Source: an uncultured virus (IMG/VR IMGVR_UViG_3300020421_000013)
Lineage: Duplodnaviria > Heunggongvirae > Uroviricota > Caudoviricetes > Crassvirales
Virus record (IMG/VR): IMGVR_UViG_3300020421_000013
Reading direction: 5' to 3' (one strand)
Length of the DNA: 64,000 nt
The position numbers and the translations under genes were made by a program. This document shows positions 44,469 to 54,801 of this stretch, one piece after another. How positions within the stretch are numbered: position 1 is the first letter of the stretch; each line of letters begins with the position of its first letter. The notes beneath the pieces are model-generated. The model was not told the DNA's origin. It worked only from the letters and a program-made list of their open reading frames with translations, and did not search any database.

Positions 44469-46335
44469 TGAATCAGAATCTGTTTATAATATAGTAAGAA
44501 AATATACACAATTACTGGAGGATGGTATAATAAATATATCAGAACTTCCTCCTTGCATTAAAAATACAGATCGTACAGAATTAATATTCATAAACAGTTT
44601 ATTTGACCATAAACATGTCAAGTGTATATTACCAACAGATTGTAAAAACTTATTTAAATCACAAGATTTTCCACTTATTGCCTGTAAAATAGAAGATCAG
44701 GAATTACAAAAAGAAGCACAGTATATGTCATACATTAGAACAAATGATTTTTACATGCACACAGTTGTATTTATACTTGATCCAGATATGAACCTGATTG
44801 GTGAATATATGATAGATGGTAAACAAATAAAAGAAACAGCTGGTAAAACTTTGAGGAAACTACCTTGGATTTATAAAAAAAGTGATGCACAGATAGAACA
44901 AATGGTAAACATGATAAAAGCATATTATGTTCCAGACCTAACATTTAGTATTGTTAAAGGTGAGGAGATAAAAGATTGGTATCATGAAAGCAGATATAAA
45001 AATAAGAGCGGTTCACTATCAAATAGCTGTATGAGATATACTAGTTGTCAAAAATATCTAGATATATACTGTGAAAACGATTGTCAAATGCTAATTGCAA
45101 CTGATTCTGATGGTCAACTACATGGTCGAGCATTATTATGGCCACGATCCATGTGGAATAAAAATTACTATAGTGATACCGATATTATAATGGACCGTAT
45201 ATACGGTACAGAGGTCACAATCAAAAGATTTATCATGTATGCACAAAATAAAGGTTGGGTTCATAAAAAAACACAAAACTTTACAGATAATCAAAACTTT
45301 ATGTTCAAAGGTGAAGATGGTGTATATACAACAGAACACAAACGTATGCGTATGAATTTAACTACATATAACTTTGATTACTATCCATATGTAGATACCT
45401 TCAACACAATGTCGTATGATACAGAAAGTATAAAAAATCATGGTGAAGGTGATATGCTTACAGAAACAGGTGGTGGTACATCAGAAGCTAACATTATAGA
45501 ATGTTATGATTGTGGCAGCAGTGTCAACGAAGATGATGTAAGATGGGTTAATGATGAACGTTATTGTGAGGAATGTGTAACTTATTCTGAATATGATGAT
45601 CAAGATTATAGAAGTGATGAAGTTAGATATTCAGAAGTACTAAACTCATATATATGGCATGAAGATGCATATGAAATTACTCACGGTATTAGAAGAAATG
45701 AATTCATACATATTGACGAAAGTAGGCAATGTTATCTTGATGAAGAAAGTTTTGTAGCAGTAAATGATATAATTAATAATCATGGTGCACCTGTACCATA
45801 TTTAACAAGCGATGATACAGTACAATTAAGTATAACAACAATAGACGATATAGTTAACGAAGCAGCTACTGGTATAATGAGAATAAATTCAGATACAATA
45901 CCATACATGCCATCAAATACAGAAGCGTTTACTAGAAACAGAGGACAGTATATGGCAAATTATGCCTATGAATATAATACAAGTCGTGATCCTATAACTA
46001 ATAATATAATGATGGATTGTTCTACAAATGAAAACTATGATGCATATTGTTGGGCAAAAGTGTACAGATATATACATGCTATATGGTGTAAATATGGTAT
46101 AGAAAGTATTAATGTGTGCTGGGATGGTGAAATTCAACAAATAAACTTTGATGCAACAACATACAATCAATATAAAGATTTAATTGTTTCTGGTGAACTC
46201 AACATTACAGATGCTAATAATGCAAATGATTTTGCAGATATGTTTGAAACATCAATGGAACCATTCATGGAAGTAATGTGTGCATTAACAAGTGAATTTC
46301 CACTTAATCATAGAAATATAAACGAAAATGCCTAA
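44374..46335 (+). CDS. Large hypothetical protein with SCM..GRALLW..MDRIY core and Cys-pair region
   Basis: GSLSNSCMRY, GRALLW, MDRIY, YPYVDTF, CYDC..YCEEC; true start may be ~44450. Confidence 0.7.
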   Translation: MNKTNFTLNYLQWVHLYKLDQKIQVWMMNRGSESESVYNIVRKYTQLLEDGIINISELPPCIKNTDRTELIFINSLFDHKHVKCILPTDCKNLFKSQDFPLIACKIEDQELQKEAQYMSYIRTNDFYMHTVVFILDPDMNLIGEYMIDGKQIKETAGKTLRKLPWIYKKSDAQIEQMVNMIKAYYVPDLTFSIVKGEEIKDWYHESRYKNKSGSLSNSCMRYTSCQKYLDIYCENDCQMLIATDSDGQLHGRALLWPRSMWNKNYYSDTDIIMDRIYGTEVTIKRFIMYAQNKGWVHKKTQNFTDNQNFMFKGEDGVYTTEHKRMRMNLTTYNFDYYPYVDTFNTMSYDTESIKNHGEGDMLTETGGGTSEANIIECYDCGSSVNEDDVRWVNDERYCEECVTYSEYDDQDYRSDEVRYSEVLNSYIWHEDAYEITHGIRRNEFIHIDESRQCYLDEESFVAVNDIINNHGAPVPYLTSDDTVQLSITTIDDIVNEAATGIMRINSDTIPYMPSNTEAFTRNRGQYMANYAYEYNTSRDPITNNIMMDCSTNENYDAYCWAKVYRYIHAIWCKYGIESINVCWDGEIQQINFDATTYNQYKDLIVSGELNITDANNANDFADMFETSMEPFMEVMCALTSEFPLNHRNINENA

Positions 46336-46364
46336 AATAAATTAATCAATTAAAATATAATATA

Positions 46365-46673
46365 ATGTATAAAAACAAAAATCAGTTCAAGTTCAATGAA
46401 AATCAATTAAAAATATTCACAAAAATATACGCTAGTAATTGGTGTTCTGTTCCAAACGAATTCAAAGAGAAAGATTATCAAGGTAAAAACATTGATGAAA
46501 AAATTCAACAATTTATTTGTGATATAAAAAAGTTAGATATGAAGAAAGAAACTTTGAATGAACTACTGTTGCAATTTTATCATCAGGGTGATGCTAATGA
46601 CACAGAACACTTTATAGACACTATATATGAATTATTTCAATTACAAACTGATAAAAACAATAGTTATGCCTAG
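46365..46673 (+). CDS. Hypothetical protein
   Basis: 102-aa ORF with AT-rich leader. Confidence 0.6.
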   Translation: MYKNKNQFKFNENQLKIFTKIYASNWCSVPNEFKEKDYQGKNIDEKIQQFICDIKKLDMKKETLNELLLQFYHQGDANDTEHFIDTIYELFQLQTDKNNSYA

Positions 46674-46760
46674 GAATAAATACGAAATAATAATTAGTAA
46701 TTTTATAATTATGGTGGTATTATCGGCAATATTTTGGTTACTAATGAGTACTTAAGAATA

Positions 46761-46853
46761 CTTGTGACTTGGAAAAGTTACAAGCTGTTCACTATCATGT
46801 GCCTACGCGACCAGTGCGCGACCAGTGCAAACCTCAGCGAGACCAGTGCAAAA
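46761..46853 (+). repeat. GGAA-loop hairpin, GTTCACTATCAT and three GACCAGTGC direct repeats
   Basis: CTTGTGACTT-GGAA-AAGTTACAAG; cgcGACCAGTGCgcGACCAGTGCaaa..gaGACCAGTGCaaaa. Confidence 0.75.
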
Positions 46854-46942
46854 TTAAATTGTGGCGGATTTATAAAAATTAATGCTTATTAACTTGTATT
46901 TGTGAATAACATTGATTATATTTACATAAAATAATCTAATAT

Positions 46943-47197
46943 ATGACTAATTCAAAAATCAAAGATATATTACACTCTGAAAAACTCAGCATAGGAGATA
47001 ACATGAAGGTGTTTAGTGAGGTTTACGAAAGAATAAGTTCGATCGTAGATGAACGAGTAGATATGGAAGTTAAAAGCTTTAATATCGGACCCGATGAAAG
47101 CGATGTGTTAGAAGATATCACAACTAATCACTCGAAATATTATTATAATGAAATTCTTGATATCGTAAATCTAGTTTTAAACAAATGGAAAAATTAG
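46943..47197 (+). CDS. Hypothetical protein
   Basis: 84-aa ORF, first gene after the intergenic element. Confidence 0.6.
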   Translation: MTNSKIKDILHSEKLSIGDNMKVFSEVYERISSIVDERVDMEVKSFNIGPDESDVLEDITTNHSKYYYNEILDIVNLVLNKWKN

Positions 47198-47604
47198 TCA
47201 ATGTGGACTCAACCACTAAAAAAGAACAACTGTGGGCAAAATTAGCCGCTTACAGTACGCCGCACGTGATAAACGTATTTACGGGCGAGATTGGGTTTAT
47301 AATGCCCTACATGAAGGTAACTATAGAAGGTGGAGAATTGAACGCAGTATATACTGATTCAAACCTGTATCCGGATATAACAGACCAGGACATCGACACA
47401 ATCTTAAATGATGGTGTTTTAGAAGGAGTAAGAAAAATTGCTTACACTAAATCATGGATTAAATTAAAAGCGCTTAGAGAACATTTGTATTTAAATAAAG
47501 CACGTGGCGCATTTAAAAAAATTCAAGAAAAAGAACTAGAAATTGCTCAATTAATATCTAGAATGAGGCAATTAAGACACACAAAAAAAATAATACTTAA
47601 CTAA
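47185..47604 (+). CDS. Hypothetical protein
   Basis: 139-aa ORF overlapping its neighbours. Confidence 0.6.
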   Translation: MEKLVNVDSTTKKEQLWAKLAAYSTPHVINVFTGEIGFIMPYMKVTIEGGELNAVYTDSNLYPDITDQDIDTILNDGVLEGVRKIAYTKSWIKLKALREHLYLNKARGAFKKIQEKELEIAQLISRMRQLRHTKKIILN

Positions 47605-47753
47605 TGAGATACAAAATAAATATTTACCACGGAGGCGAAGGCGACGATGAAACATGGTACGCCAAAACAATCAGTGATGCAAAACGCATAGCTTTCAGGG
47701 GGGAGCATCAGGAAATTATAGACACTAAAACAAATAAAATTATTGAAATATGA
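47604..47753 (+). CDS. 49-aa hypothetical protein
   Basis: MRYKINIYHGGEGDDETWYAKTISDAKRIA...; TAATG and ATGA coupling. Confidence 0.55.
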   Translation: MRYKINIYHGGEGDDETWYAKTISDAKRIAFRGEHQEIIDTKTNKIIEI

Positions 47754-48250
47754 GTATATATGCCAAACTGTTTGACATCCAACAGGAAATAGGAGCTATT
47801 TCGAAGGATTCTAAGAACCCTTTTTACAATTCAGCATACTTTGACATTAACAGTCTTATTGCACAGCTTATGCCTCTTCTAAAGAAGAATAAGGTGTTGC
47901 TCACACAACCAATAGAAAATAGCACTGTTATGACTAGATTGACCTGTGTAGAAAAAGGAAATTTTGTAGAGGGAGGTATACCTCTACCTGATATAGCTGA
48001 TCCACAAAAAATGGGAGGTGCCATAACTTATTACAGAAGATATAGTTTAGCATCTCTATTAGGACTTCAGGCACAAGATGATGATGGCAACAGCACAATT
48101 AATTCTGCAACCAGCAAACCTATGCTAAGTCAAGCTGGTCTTGATTACATACTGACAAAAGGGACAAAACAAGATGGGATTGATGCGTTAACAAAACGAA
48201 CAGTGAAACCAGATCATCAAAAATTAATCAAATCTAAATTTAAAATCTAA
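47750..48250 (+). CDS. ERF-family ssDNA annealing protein
   Basis: KDSKNPFYNSAY..DPQKMGGAITYYRRYSLASLLGLQAQDDDGN. Confidence 0.9.
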   Translation: MSIYAKLFDIQQEIGAISKDSKNPFYNSAYFDINSLIAQLMPLLKKNKVLLTQPIENSTVMTRLTCVEKGNFVEGGIPLPDIADPQKMGGAITYYRRYSLASLLGLQAQDDDGNSTINSATSKPMLSQAGLDYILTKGTKQDGIDALTKRTVKPDHQKLIKSKFKI

Positions 48251-48978
48251 TGGAATTTAAGGAAATCATCAAAACTCTCCGTCAAGACGACGAATATTAC
48301 GATGGAATTGGCAAAAAGTACTTGTCAAATTCTAACATTGAAACGCTTTTAAAAAATCCAAAACAATATGGTGTGCCACAGCAAAAAACTGTTGCAATGC
48401 TAATGGGTAATGCAGTACATGAAATTACATTCTTTGGATCAACAAACCTACCAGCAATTGATGTTTCTTCTAGGAACACAAAAGCATATAAAGATAGGGA
48501 TGTAGATGGTCCTGTGCTTCTACAAAAAGAACTGGATGAATGTCATAGAATTGCTGAAACATTAAGAAAAACTAAAGCTGCTGAAGTTTTGTTTGAAGAT
48601 GCAAACATATATGAAGAGCCTATGGTTAAAGATTTATTTGGCAACGGTGTTTTATGGAAAGGCAAAGCAGATATTATTAGCTCTGTTGTCAATAAAATTA
48701 TTGATCTAAAAACGACAAGTAATATTGACTCATTTGCAAGCAAAGCTAGAATGTACAACTATGACAGTCAAGCTTGGATATACAAACAACTTTTTGATTT
48801 AGACATGATGTTTTTTGTTATAGAAAAAGACACCATGCGTATGAAACAAATTGAAGTTTCAGACGAAACTTTAGAGAAAGGCAAGATAAAGGCAATAGAA
48901 GCCGAACAAAACTACCTTGATATGTTCGTAAACAAGAACATTGATCCAACCCAATATGTAGAGTATGGCATCATATAA
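48250..48978 (+). CDS. PD-(D/E)XK exonuclease (RecE/ExoVIII-like)
   Basis: LSNS, GNAVH, WKGKADI..IIDLKTT..YNYDSQAWIY. Confidence 0.85.
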   Translation: MEFKEIIKTLRQDDEYYDGIGKKYLSNSNIETLLKNPKQYGVPQQKTVAMLMGNAVHEITFFGSTNLPAIDVSSRNTKAYKDRDVDGPVLLQKELDECHRIAETLRKTKAAEVLFEDANIYEEPMVKDLFGNGVLWKGKADIISSVVNKIIDLKTTSNIDSFASKARMYNYDSQAWIYKQLFDLDMMFFVIEKDTMRMKQIEVSDETLEKGKIKAIEAEQNYLDMFVNKNIDPTQYVEYGII

Positions 48979-49047
48979 CAGACGTGCCGTCATAGGTATA
49001 TGGGTATCAATTATAATTTTTTTATTAATCATTAATTTTTTTTCAAA

Positions 49048-49377
49048 ATGCTAAAAGCAAACATTTCAATCAACCTGACCAAACTTGGTCAAAATCAAGC
49101 CAAAATTTCAACGTCAAAAAAAGGCGAGAAGTGGGCAAATTTAGAGATCGCAGTCAAAGACGAAGTCGATCAGTATAATCAAAACATTTCTGTTAAGTTT
49201 TCAAAAGACAAAAACAATCCTGATGAAGCTCCTATATGGTTAGGCAATGGATCAACTTATTGGACGGATGGATTAACACCAAAAACTTCAAGAGAAATGT
49301 CACAACCTGCACAAAAAGAAGCAAATTTTCAACCTGCAGAAGAACCAAATGATGTAGCAGATGATCTCCCTTTCTAA
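49048..49377 (+). CDS. Putative single-stranded DNA-binding protein
   Basis: Beta-rich core, DQYNQN, LGNG, acidic DDLPF tail; follows the recombination genes. Confidence 0.65.
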   Translation: MLKANISINLTKLGQNQAKISTSKKGEKWANLEIAVKDEVDQYNQNISVKFSKDKNNPDEAPIWLGNGSTYWTDGLTPKTSREMSQPAQKEANFQPAEEPNDVADDLPF

Positions 49378-49936
49378 TATTATAGGAAAAAGAAACGAAA
49401 AGGTCAAAGCGGTAGTGGAAAAAGCCTGTGAATGGCACGGGCTCTTCCCTCACTCCTTGTTTAAAAAGAAGAGAAAAAGACCTTTAGTCGAAGCAAGACA
49501 AGAAGCCTGGTATTTTATTCGAAGACATGTAAGAACCAGCAATGGTATTAAAATTTCTTTGAGTGAGATAGGCAGATGCGCAACTCTATGGGATATAAAA
49601 GAAGTATGGGATCATGCTTCAGTATTACATGCAGTAAGATTGATAGATGGTAGGAGAGATGTAGATAAAGTATACAATTCACATATGGAAAAGGCTGATA
49701 AAGAAATTTCAGATCTTATAAAAAACATGGATTGTACACAATTAGACACATATAACCCAACTTTACATTATCATGAAATGCTCGGACATTTAAATTACAA
49801 TTTATGCGAGAGAAACGATTCAGAAGAGGTGGACTTTTTAATCAAAACTTTAAATGAAAAAAGAAACAACGAAACATCCAATCAAGATTCATTCAAAGAT
49901 CTTAAAATGGAGGTGGTACAAGGAACCGTTAACTAA
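49361..49936 (+). CDS. DnaA domain IV-like (C-terminal HTH) protein
   Basis: KRKRPLVEARQEAWYFIR..SLSEIGR..DHASVLHAVR matches the DnaA C-terminal signature. Confidence 0.75.
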   Translation: MISLSNIIGKRNEKVKAVVEKACEWHGLFPHSLFKKKRKRPLVEARQEAWYFIRRHVRTSNGIKISLSEIGRCATLWDIKEVWDHASVLHAVRLIDGRRDVDKVYNSHMEKADKEISDLIKNMDCTQLDTYNPTLHYHEMLGHLNYNLCERNDSEEVDFLIKTLNEKRNNETSNQDSFKDLKMEVVQGTVN

Positions 49937-50567
49937 ATCAGTATTTTTTCATTTATTAATAACAGCATGCCAAGATAAATGCTTACAAAATGATGCATTA
50001 GTCACAAGAGGAGAGGTTATGACTTCTTACAGAAAGTTAGCTGATGATCTTGGCATGACTGTTTCACAAATCAGAACTTCATTAACAAAATTAAATCAGA
50101 CTGGAGAGATTGATACAGTAAAATCTAAACGTTTTACTAAGATTATTCTTTTGAATTACGAAAATTATCAAGCTGACATTATAGCTACAGATGTTTTAGT
50201 CAAGCATGAAAGTAATAATAAAATATTTTTACAAATGGCTATGAAAGATGTGGGATGGCAGGAAATGCTATGCATGCATAATAATATTACAGTAGGTCAA
50301 ATGAAATTTATGCTTGATAGATTTTTGAAACATATTGAATCATCAGATGATCGAAAACCAAATTTTAAAGAATTCAAAACACATTTTACTAATTGGCTTC
50401 GTTATCAAAACATAAAAGAACATGAGGTAAAAAGCCAGGATGTGTATCAATTTAAATGGAATGGTCAGGCTTTATTGACTGGAACTAAACAACAATATGA
50501 TCGTGCCAAAAAAACCTATGATGTAGAGGGATTTGATTTTAAACTAATAAAGATTATAAAACAATGA
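49854..50567 (+). CDS. Replication initiator/replisome organizer
   Basis: IKIHSKILKWRWY..FFHLLI..RGEVMTSYRKLA..IRTSL..NYENYQ winged helix; C-terminal HFTNWL. Confidence 0.75.
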   Translation: MKKETTKHPIKIHSKILKWRWYKEPLTKSVFFHLLITACQDKCLQNDALVTRGEVMTSYRKLADDLGMTVSQIRTSLTKLNQTGEIDTVKSKRFTKIILLNYENYQADIIATDVLVKHESNNKIFLQMAMKDVGWQEMLCMHNNITVGQMKFMLDRFLKHIESSDDRKPNFKEFKTHFTNWLRYQNIKEHEVKSQDVYQFKWNGQALLTGTKQQYDRAKKTYDVEGFDFKLIKIIKQ

Positions 50568-52351
50568 ACGAAATTAACGGCTTTAAAATAAAAACATATA
50601 ACCAATACGCATTTAAACAGGATGCAAAAACTGATATTTGTCCTAAATGCTCACACGAAAGAAAGAAAAAGAAAGATAAATGTGTGATGTTAGATTGGGA
50701 AAGAGCTCTTGCGACATGTCAGCATTGTGGAAGTGTAATGCAGATGCATGAATACGAGAAAAAAAATCAAACCAAAACATATGTACGTCCTGTAGAAAAA
50801 AACTACACACCTTTGAACGAAAAGGTTGTTCAGTGGTTTAAGGGCAGAGGCATAAGCGCAAAAACAATCAATTATCTTAGAATAACAGATGGTATAGAAT
50901 GGATGCCTCAAACAAAAACAGAGGTACACACCATACAATTTAATTACTATTTAGATTCTCAACTAGTCAACACAAAGTATCGTGATGCTAGAAAGAATTT
51001 TAAAATGATTAAAGATGCAGAAAAAATATTTTACAATCTGGATTCTATAAGGTTTACAGAACAAGTGGTAATTGTTGAAGGCGAAATGGATGTGGCTTCA
51101 GTTATAGAATCTGGTATAAATTACTGTGTAAGTGTACCAAATGGATTCACTGCAAATGGAAACATTAATCTTGACTTTCTATCAGATTACTATGAATTTT
51201 TTGAAAACAAAAAGAAGATTTATTTAGCTACAGACAACGATGAAGCAGGGCGAAAAGGAAAAGCAGAATTGATAAGAAGATTCGGAGCAGAAAATTGTTT
51301 TATTGTTGACCTGATTGATTGTAAAGATGCAAACGAATATCTAGTCAAGTATGGAAAAGATGCATTGAGAGAAGCAATTGTGTCTGCACCACAGTGTCCT
51401 CTTGAAAATGTTGTAACTGCAAAAGATGTTGCGACTGATCTTGAAAGCTTTTACGCTCATGGCCATCAAAAAGGATTCGGAATTGGGTTGAAGGAATTTG
51501 ACAACATATTTACAACCTATACAAAACAATTTATTGTAGTCACTGGATTTCCATCTTCAGGTAAATCTGATTTTGTAGACCAGATGTGTGTAGGCTACAA
51601 CATTTTACATAATTGGAAAATTGCATATGCATCTACTGAAAACTTTCCAGCATATCTTCATGTAGATAAAATTGTAAGAAAATTTTACGGCAACAAACCT
51701 GATAAAGATCAAGTTAAAAACCATGCTTGGAAGCAGACTGTTGATTATGTGAGTGAAAATTTTTTTCATATCAATTATGATGATGGATATGATTTAGATA
51801 AAGTTTTAAAAAAGGGAGAAGAGCTTGTTAAAAGGAAAGGAATCAGATGTTTAGTAATTGATCCTTATAATAAAGTTAGATACAAGGATGGTAAAAATCT
51901 TGGCATAAATGATTATACTAATGAATACCTAAACAAAGTAGACAACTTTTGTAAAAAGCATGATGTGCTTGTTATAGTTGTGGCACACCCTACAAAACCT
52001 GAGAAGATAGATGGCAAACTTCAACCACCTACTTTCTACGACGTGAAAGGTGGGGGAGAGTTTTATGATATGAGCCCACATGGAATATTGGTTCATAGAG
52101 ACAGGACAGAAGAAGGGTTGCAAAATAATTCAGTTATGATCAAAGTTCTTAAAGTCAAGTTCGCTAACTTAGGAACAAATGACGCGTCGTGTAATTTTGT
52201 ATGGAACGTGAATAACGGAAGATATGATAACATTGTAGATGATAATCCACAATGGGACAATTCAAACTGGTTGAAAAATCATAGCAATAAAGTCAAACAA
52301 ACTGTAATAATTGAAAAAGAATTTAATGAAATCGAAAAAAATATCTTCTAG
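50564..52351 (+). CDS. Primase-helicase (T7 gp4/Twinkle-like)
   Basis: CPKC..CQHC Zn-binding, EGEMD and DND TOPRIM, GFPSSGKS Walker A, LVIDPYN, VAHP. Confidence 0.92.
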   Translation: MNEINGFKIKTYNQYAFKQDAKTDICPKCSHERKKKKDKCVMLDWERALATCQHCGSVMQMHEYEKKNQTKTYVRPVEKNYTPLNEKVVQWFKGRGISAKTINYLRITDGIEWMPQTKTEVHTIQFNYYLDSQLVNTKYRDARKNFKMIKDAEKIFYNLDSIRFTEQVVIVEGEMDVASVIESGINYCVSVPNGFTANGNINLDFLSDYYEFFENKKKIYLATDNDEAGRKGKAELIRRFGAENCFIVDLIDCKDANEYLVKYGKDALREAIVSAPQCPLENVVTAKDVATDLESFYAHGHQKGFGIGLKEFDNIFTTYTKQFIVVTGFPSSGKSDFVDQMCVGYNILHNWKIAYASTENFPAYLHVDKIVRKFYGNKPDKDQVKNHAWKQTVDYVSENFFHINYDDGYDLDKVLKKGEELVKRKGIRCLVIDPYNKVRYKDGKNLGINDYTNEYLNKVDNFCKKHDVLVIVVAHPTKPEKIDGKLQPPTFYDVKGGGEFYDMSPHGILVHRDRTEEGLQNNSVMIKVLKVKFANLGTNDASCNFVWNVNNGRYDNIVDDNPQWDNSNWLKNHSNKVKQTVIIEKEFNEIEKNIF

Positions 52352-52583
52352 AGAATTATTGTTTTGGACACCAACAAAAAATATGTATGCATCTGTAAGT
52401 TATTGTTTACAAAACGACATAAAAGCTTATATAGTACTTGATGGAAAAGGTTTTAAAATAGAGCTCAATTATAAAGGCACAATTAAACCTGGTCAAATAT
52501 TTTATGAAAAACAAGCTGAAGCAGAAAAAGCAATATGGAAGTTATATGAACAAATTTGTTCAAGTTTGAAAAAAAAATTGTAA
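52311..52583 (+). CDS. Hypothetical protein
   Basis: ~85-90-aa ORF overlapping the primase-helicase end. Confidence 0.55.
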   Translation: MKKNLMKSKKISSRELLFWTPTKNMYASVSYCLQNDIKAYIVLDGKGFKIELNYKGTIKPGQIFYEKQAEAEKAIWKLYEQICSSLKKKL

Positions 52584-52617
52584 ATTATGGGCGTATGAAT
52601 GTAATAATTAAATATTT

Positions 52618-53010
52618 ATGCATATTAAAAGGACCTTAAATCTGGTAAAACAGTTTAATAAATCATTTAGTGTAAAAGCTAACAAAAATCCAGGAGTTCT
52701 TTCTGAAGAGGAGTGGACGCTCAAAGCCAACCTCATGACGGAAGAGCTTTCTGAGTATATAGAGGCATGCAAACAAGGCGATCTTGTTGAGGTTGCAGAC
52801 GCCATTGTTGATATGCAGTATATATTGTCAGGGATTATTATAGCGCATGGCTTAGAAAATGTTTTCGAAGACCTCTTCAATGAAGTCCATGATTCTAATA
52901 TGAGTAAACTTGAAAATGGGAAAGCCCTTAGAAGGGATGACGGAAAAGTGCTTAAGGGAAAAAATTATTTTAAACCTGACTTAAAAAAAATTTTGTTAAA
53001 ATGGATCTAG
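52618..53010 (+). CDS. MazG-like/PRA-PH all-alpha NTP pyrophosphohydrolase
   Basis: EELSEY..EVADAIVD..EVHDSNMSK..RRDDGKVLKG. Confidence 0.85.
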   Translation: MHIKRTLNLVKQFNKSFSVKANKNPGVLSEEEWTLKANLMTEELSEYIEACKQGDLVEVADAIVDMQYILSGIIIAHGLENVFEDLFNEVHDSNMSKLENGKALRRDDGKVLKGKNYFKPDLKKILLKWI

Positions 53011-53246
53011 AAAAGCAAATTAAAAAGATTGTAGGTTACAAAACCTGGAGTTTAAGGAAAAAAGTAGATGAACTGCTTCGTATCGATCACGAAATGTATA
53101 TGAATCTAGGTTGTGATTCTACAAAAAAAGAAATACAAGAAGTTAAAAAAAGTAGCAGATTAATATATAGAGCGATAACTCAAGTTAGTCCATCAGATGG
53201 ATATGCGCTTGAGGCACATATGATGGAGAAGGATTTAAGAGTATAG
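53001..53246 (+). CDS. Conserved hypothetical protein
   Basis: KKVDELLRID..LGCDST..SRLIYRAI. Confidence 0.65.
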   Translation: MDLEKQIKKIVGYKTWSLRKKVDELLRIDHEMYMNLGCDSTKKEIQEVKKSSRLIYRAITQVSPSDGYALEAHMMEKDLRV

Positions 53247-53420
53247 ATGAAAGCGGCTGATTTTTTAAACAATTATTTTAACGATGAACTTTCACCTTTA
53301 TTAGATGAGGTGTACGAAGATTGTATGGATCAGTCACACAGTACGGCAAAAAATAAAATTAATAAGCTTATATATAAGCTTCAAGAATTAAGAAGACATT
53401 TGCATGACAACAATGAGTGA
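53247..53420 (+). CDS. 57-aa hypothetical protein
   Basis: MKAADFLNNYFNDELSPLLDEVYE...; abuts the upstream stop. Confidence 0.5.
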   Translation: MKAADFLNNYFNDELSPLLDEVYEDCMDQSHSTAKNKINKLIYKLQELRRHLHDNNE

Positions 53421-54549
53421 AGAGCAAAAGAAGTATGCCCTTGATCACTATGAGGCGGGCTTTACTAATAAAACTTTGCTCGCTAAAATGATGATTGAGA
53501 AATGGAAAATCGACATGCCAGTTGAAAAGCTGAGACGTTCACTATCATCGTGGCTAAATAGAAATGCAATAAAAAAAGAAAACCCTGCTTTGTCAGAAGA
53601 ATGCGAGACTGTCGGCATTGATCCAAATGATGTGCGACATGCGTGGTACAAAGGAGAACATTGGAGTATAAATTTTAAACCAAGCTCTTCTGGACCGACT
53701 TTTGATGAAATGTTAAAAGAACACATAGAAGATGTTAAAAATCATACGTTCAATTATAAACCTATTGTCAGAGAAAGATATCCTGATTCTTGCTTACTCG
53801 TTATTGATCCTGCTGATGTACATATTGGGAAGTTGGCTAGAAGCTTCGAAACAGGAGAAGAATACAATAGTCAAATCGCAGTGCAACGAGTTAAAGACGG
53901 CGTACAAGGAATACTCGATAAAACAGCTGGATTTAATATAGATAAAATACTTTTTATAGCGGGTAATGATATTATGCATGTCGACACCCCAAAAAGAGTA
54001 ACTACATCTGGTACACCACAAGATACAGATGGAATGTGGTACGATAATTTTTTGTTAGCAAAAAGATTATATGTTGATGTTGTGGATCAGCTGATGCAAG
54101 TAGCTGATGTTCGTTTTATGTTCAATCCATCTAATCATGATTATCAAAGTGGATTTTTCTTAGCAGATTCAATAAGTTCTTGGTTTAAAAAATGTAAAAA
54201 CGTTTCGTTTGACGTAAGCATTGCTCATAGAAAATATTATAAATATCACAATAATTTAATTGGCACAACACATGGAGATGGAGCTAAAGCCCAAGACCTC
54301 CCCTTACTTATGGCGCAAGAAGCGAAAAAAGACTGGGCTGAGGCAAAAAACAGGTATGTATACATACATCACATACACCATAAAATGTCTAAAGATTTCA
54401 TTGGAGTTACTGTTGAAGCTTTACGATCTCCATCTGGAACAGATTCGTGGCACCATAGAAATGGGTATCAACACTCACCGAAAGCGGTTGAAGGATTTGT
54501 ACATTCGAAGGATCACGGGCAAATAGCTAGAATCACACACCTATTCTAA
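53404..54549 (+). CDS. Calcineurin-like metallophosphoesterase
   Basis: DVHIG, GND..H.D, SNHD, HGD, HHIHH motifs. Confidence 0.85.
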   Translation: MTTMSEEQKKYALDHYEAGFTNKTLLAKMMIEKWKIDMPVEKLRRSLSSWLNRNAIKKENPALSEECETVGIDPNDVRHAWYKGEHWSINFKPSSSGPTFDEMLKEHIEDVKNHTFNYKPIVRERYPDSCLLVIDPADVHIGKLARSFETGEEYNSQIAVQRVKDGVQGILDKTAGFNIDKILFIAGNDIMHVDTPKRVTTSGTPQDTDGMWYDNFLLAKRLYVDVVDQLMQVADVRFMFNPSNHDYQSGFFLADSISSWFKKCKNVSFDVSIAHRKYYKYHNNLIGTTHGDGAKAQDLPLLMAQEAKKDWAEAKNRYVYIHHIHHKMSKDFIGVTVEALRSPSGTDSWHHRNGYQHSPKAVEGFVHSKDHGQIARITHLF

Positions 54550-54719
54550 TGTTTGAAGTTGTATTTTTTCCGTTATATGGGGTTACAGTAGGAGTTAACT
54601 ACTGGAATAATACTATGGATCAATGGCCTGACTGGATGGAAGACGACGAAGAAGAAGAACAACACATGATTCAAATATTTTGTTTGTTCTTTGGGTTTTC
54701 AATAATTTGGTATCGATAA
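54549..54719 (+). CDS. 56-aa protein with hydrophobic ends and acidic middle
   Basis: MFEVVFFPLYGVTVGVNYW..EDDEEEE..IQIFCLFFGFSIIWYR; TAATG coupling. Confidence 0.55.
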   Translation: MFEVVFFPLYGVTVGVNYWNNTMDQWPDWMEDDEEEEQHMIQIFCLFFGFSIIWYR

Positions 54720-54757
54720 TATCCCTATCATTATTTTAGAAGTCTGATTATGGAAAG

Positions 54758-54788
54758 CACCTGATAAAATACTGCCAGGTGTTTTTTT
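54758..54788 (+). terminator. Intrinsic terminator
   Basis: CACCTG...CAGGTG stem followed by T7. Confidence 0.55.
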
Positions 54789-54801
54789 GTAACTTAGCCT
54801 T

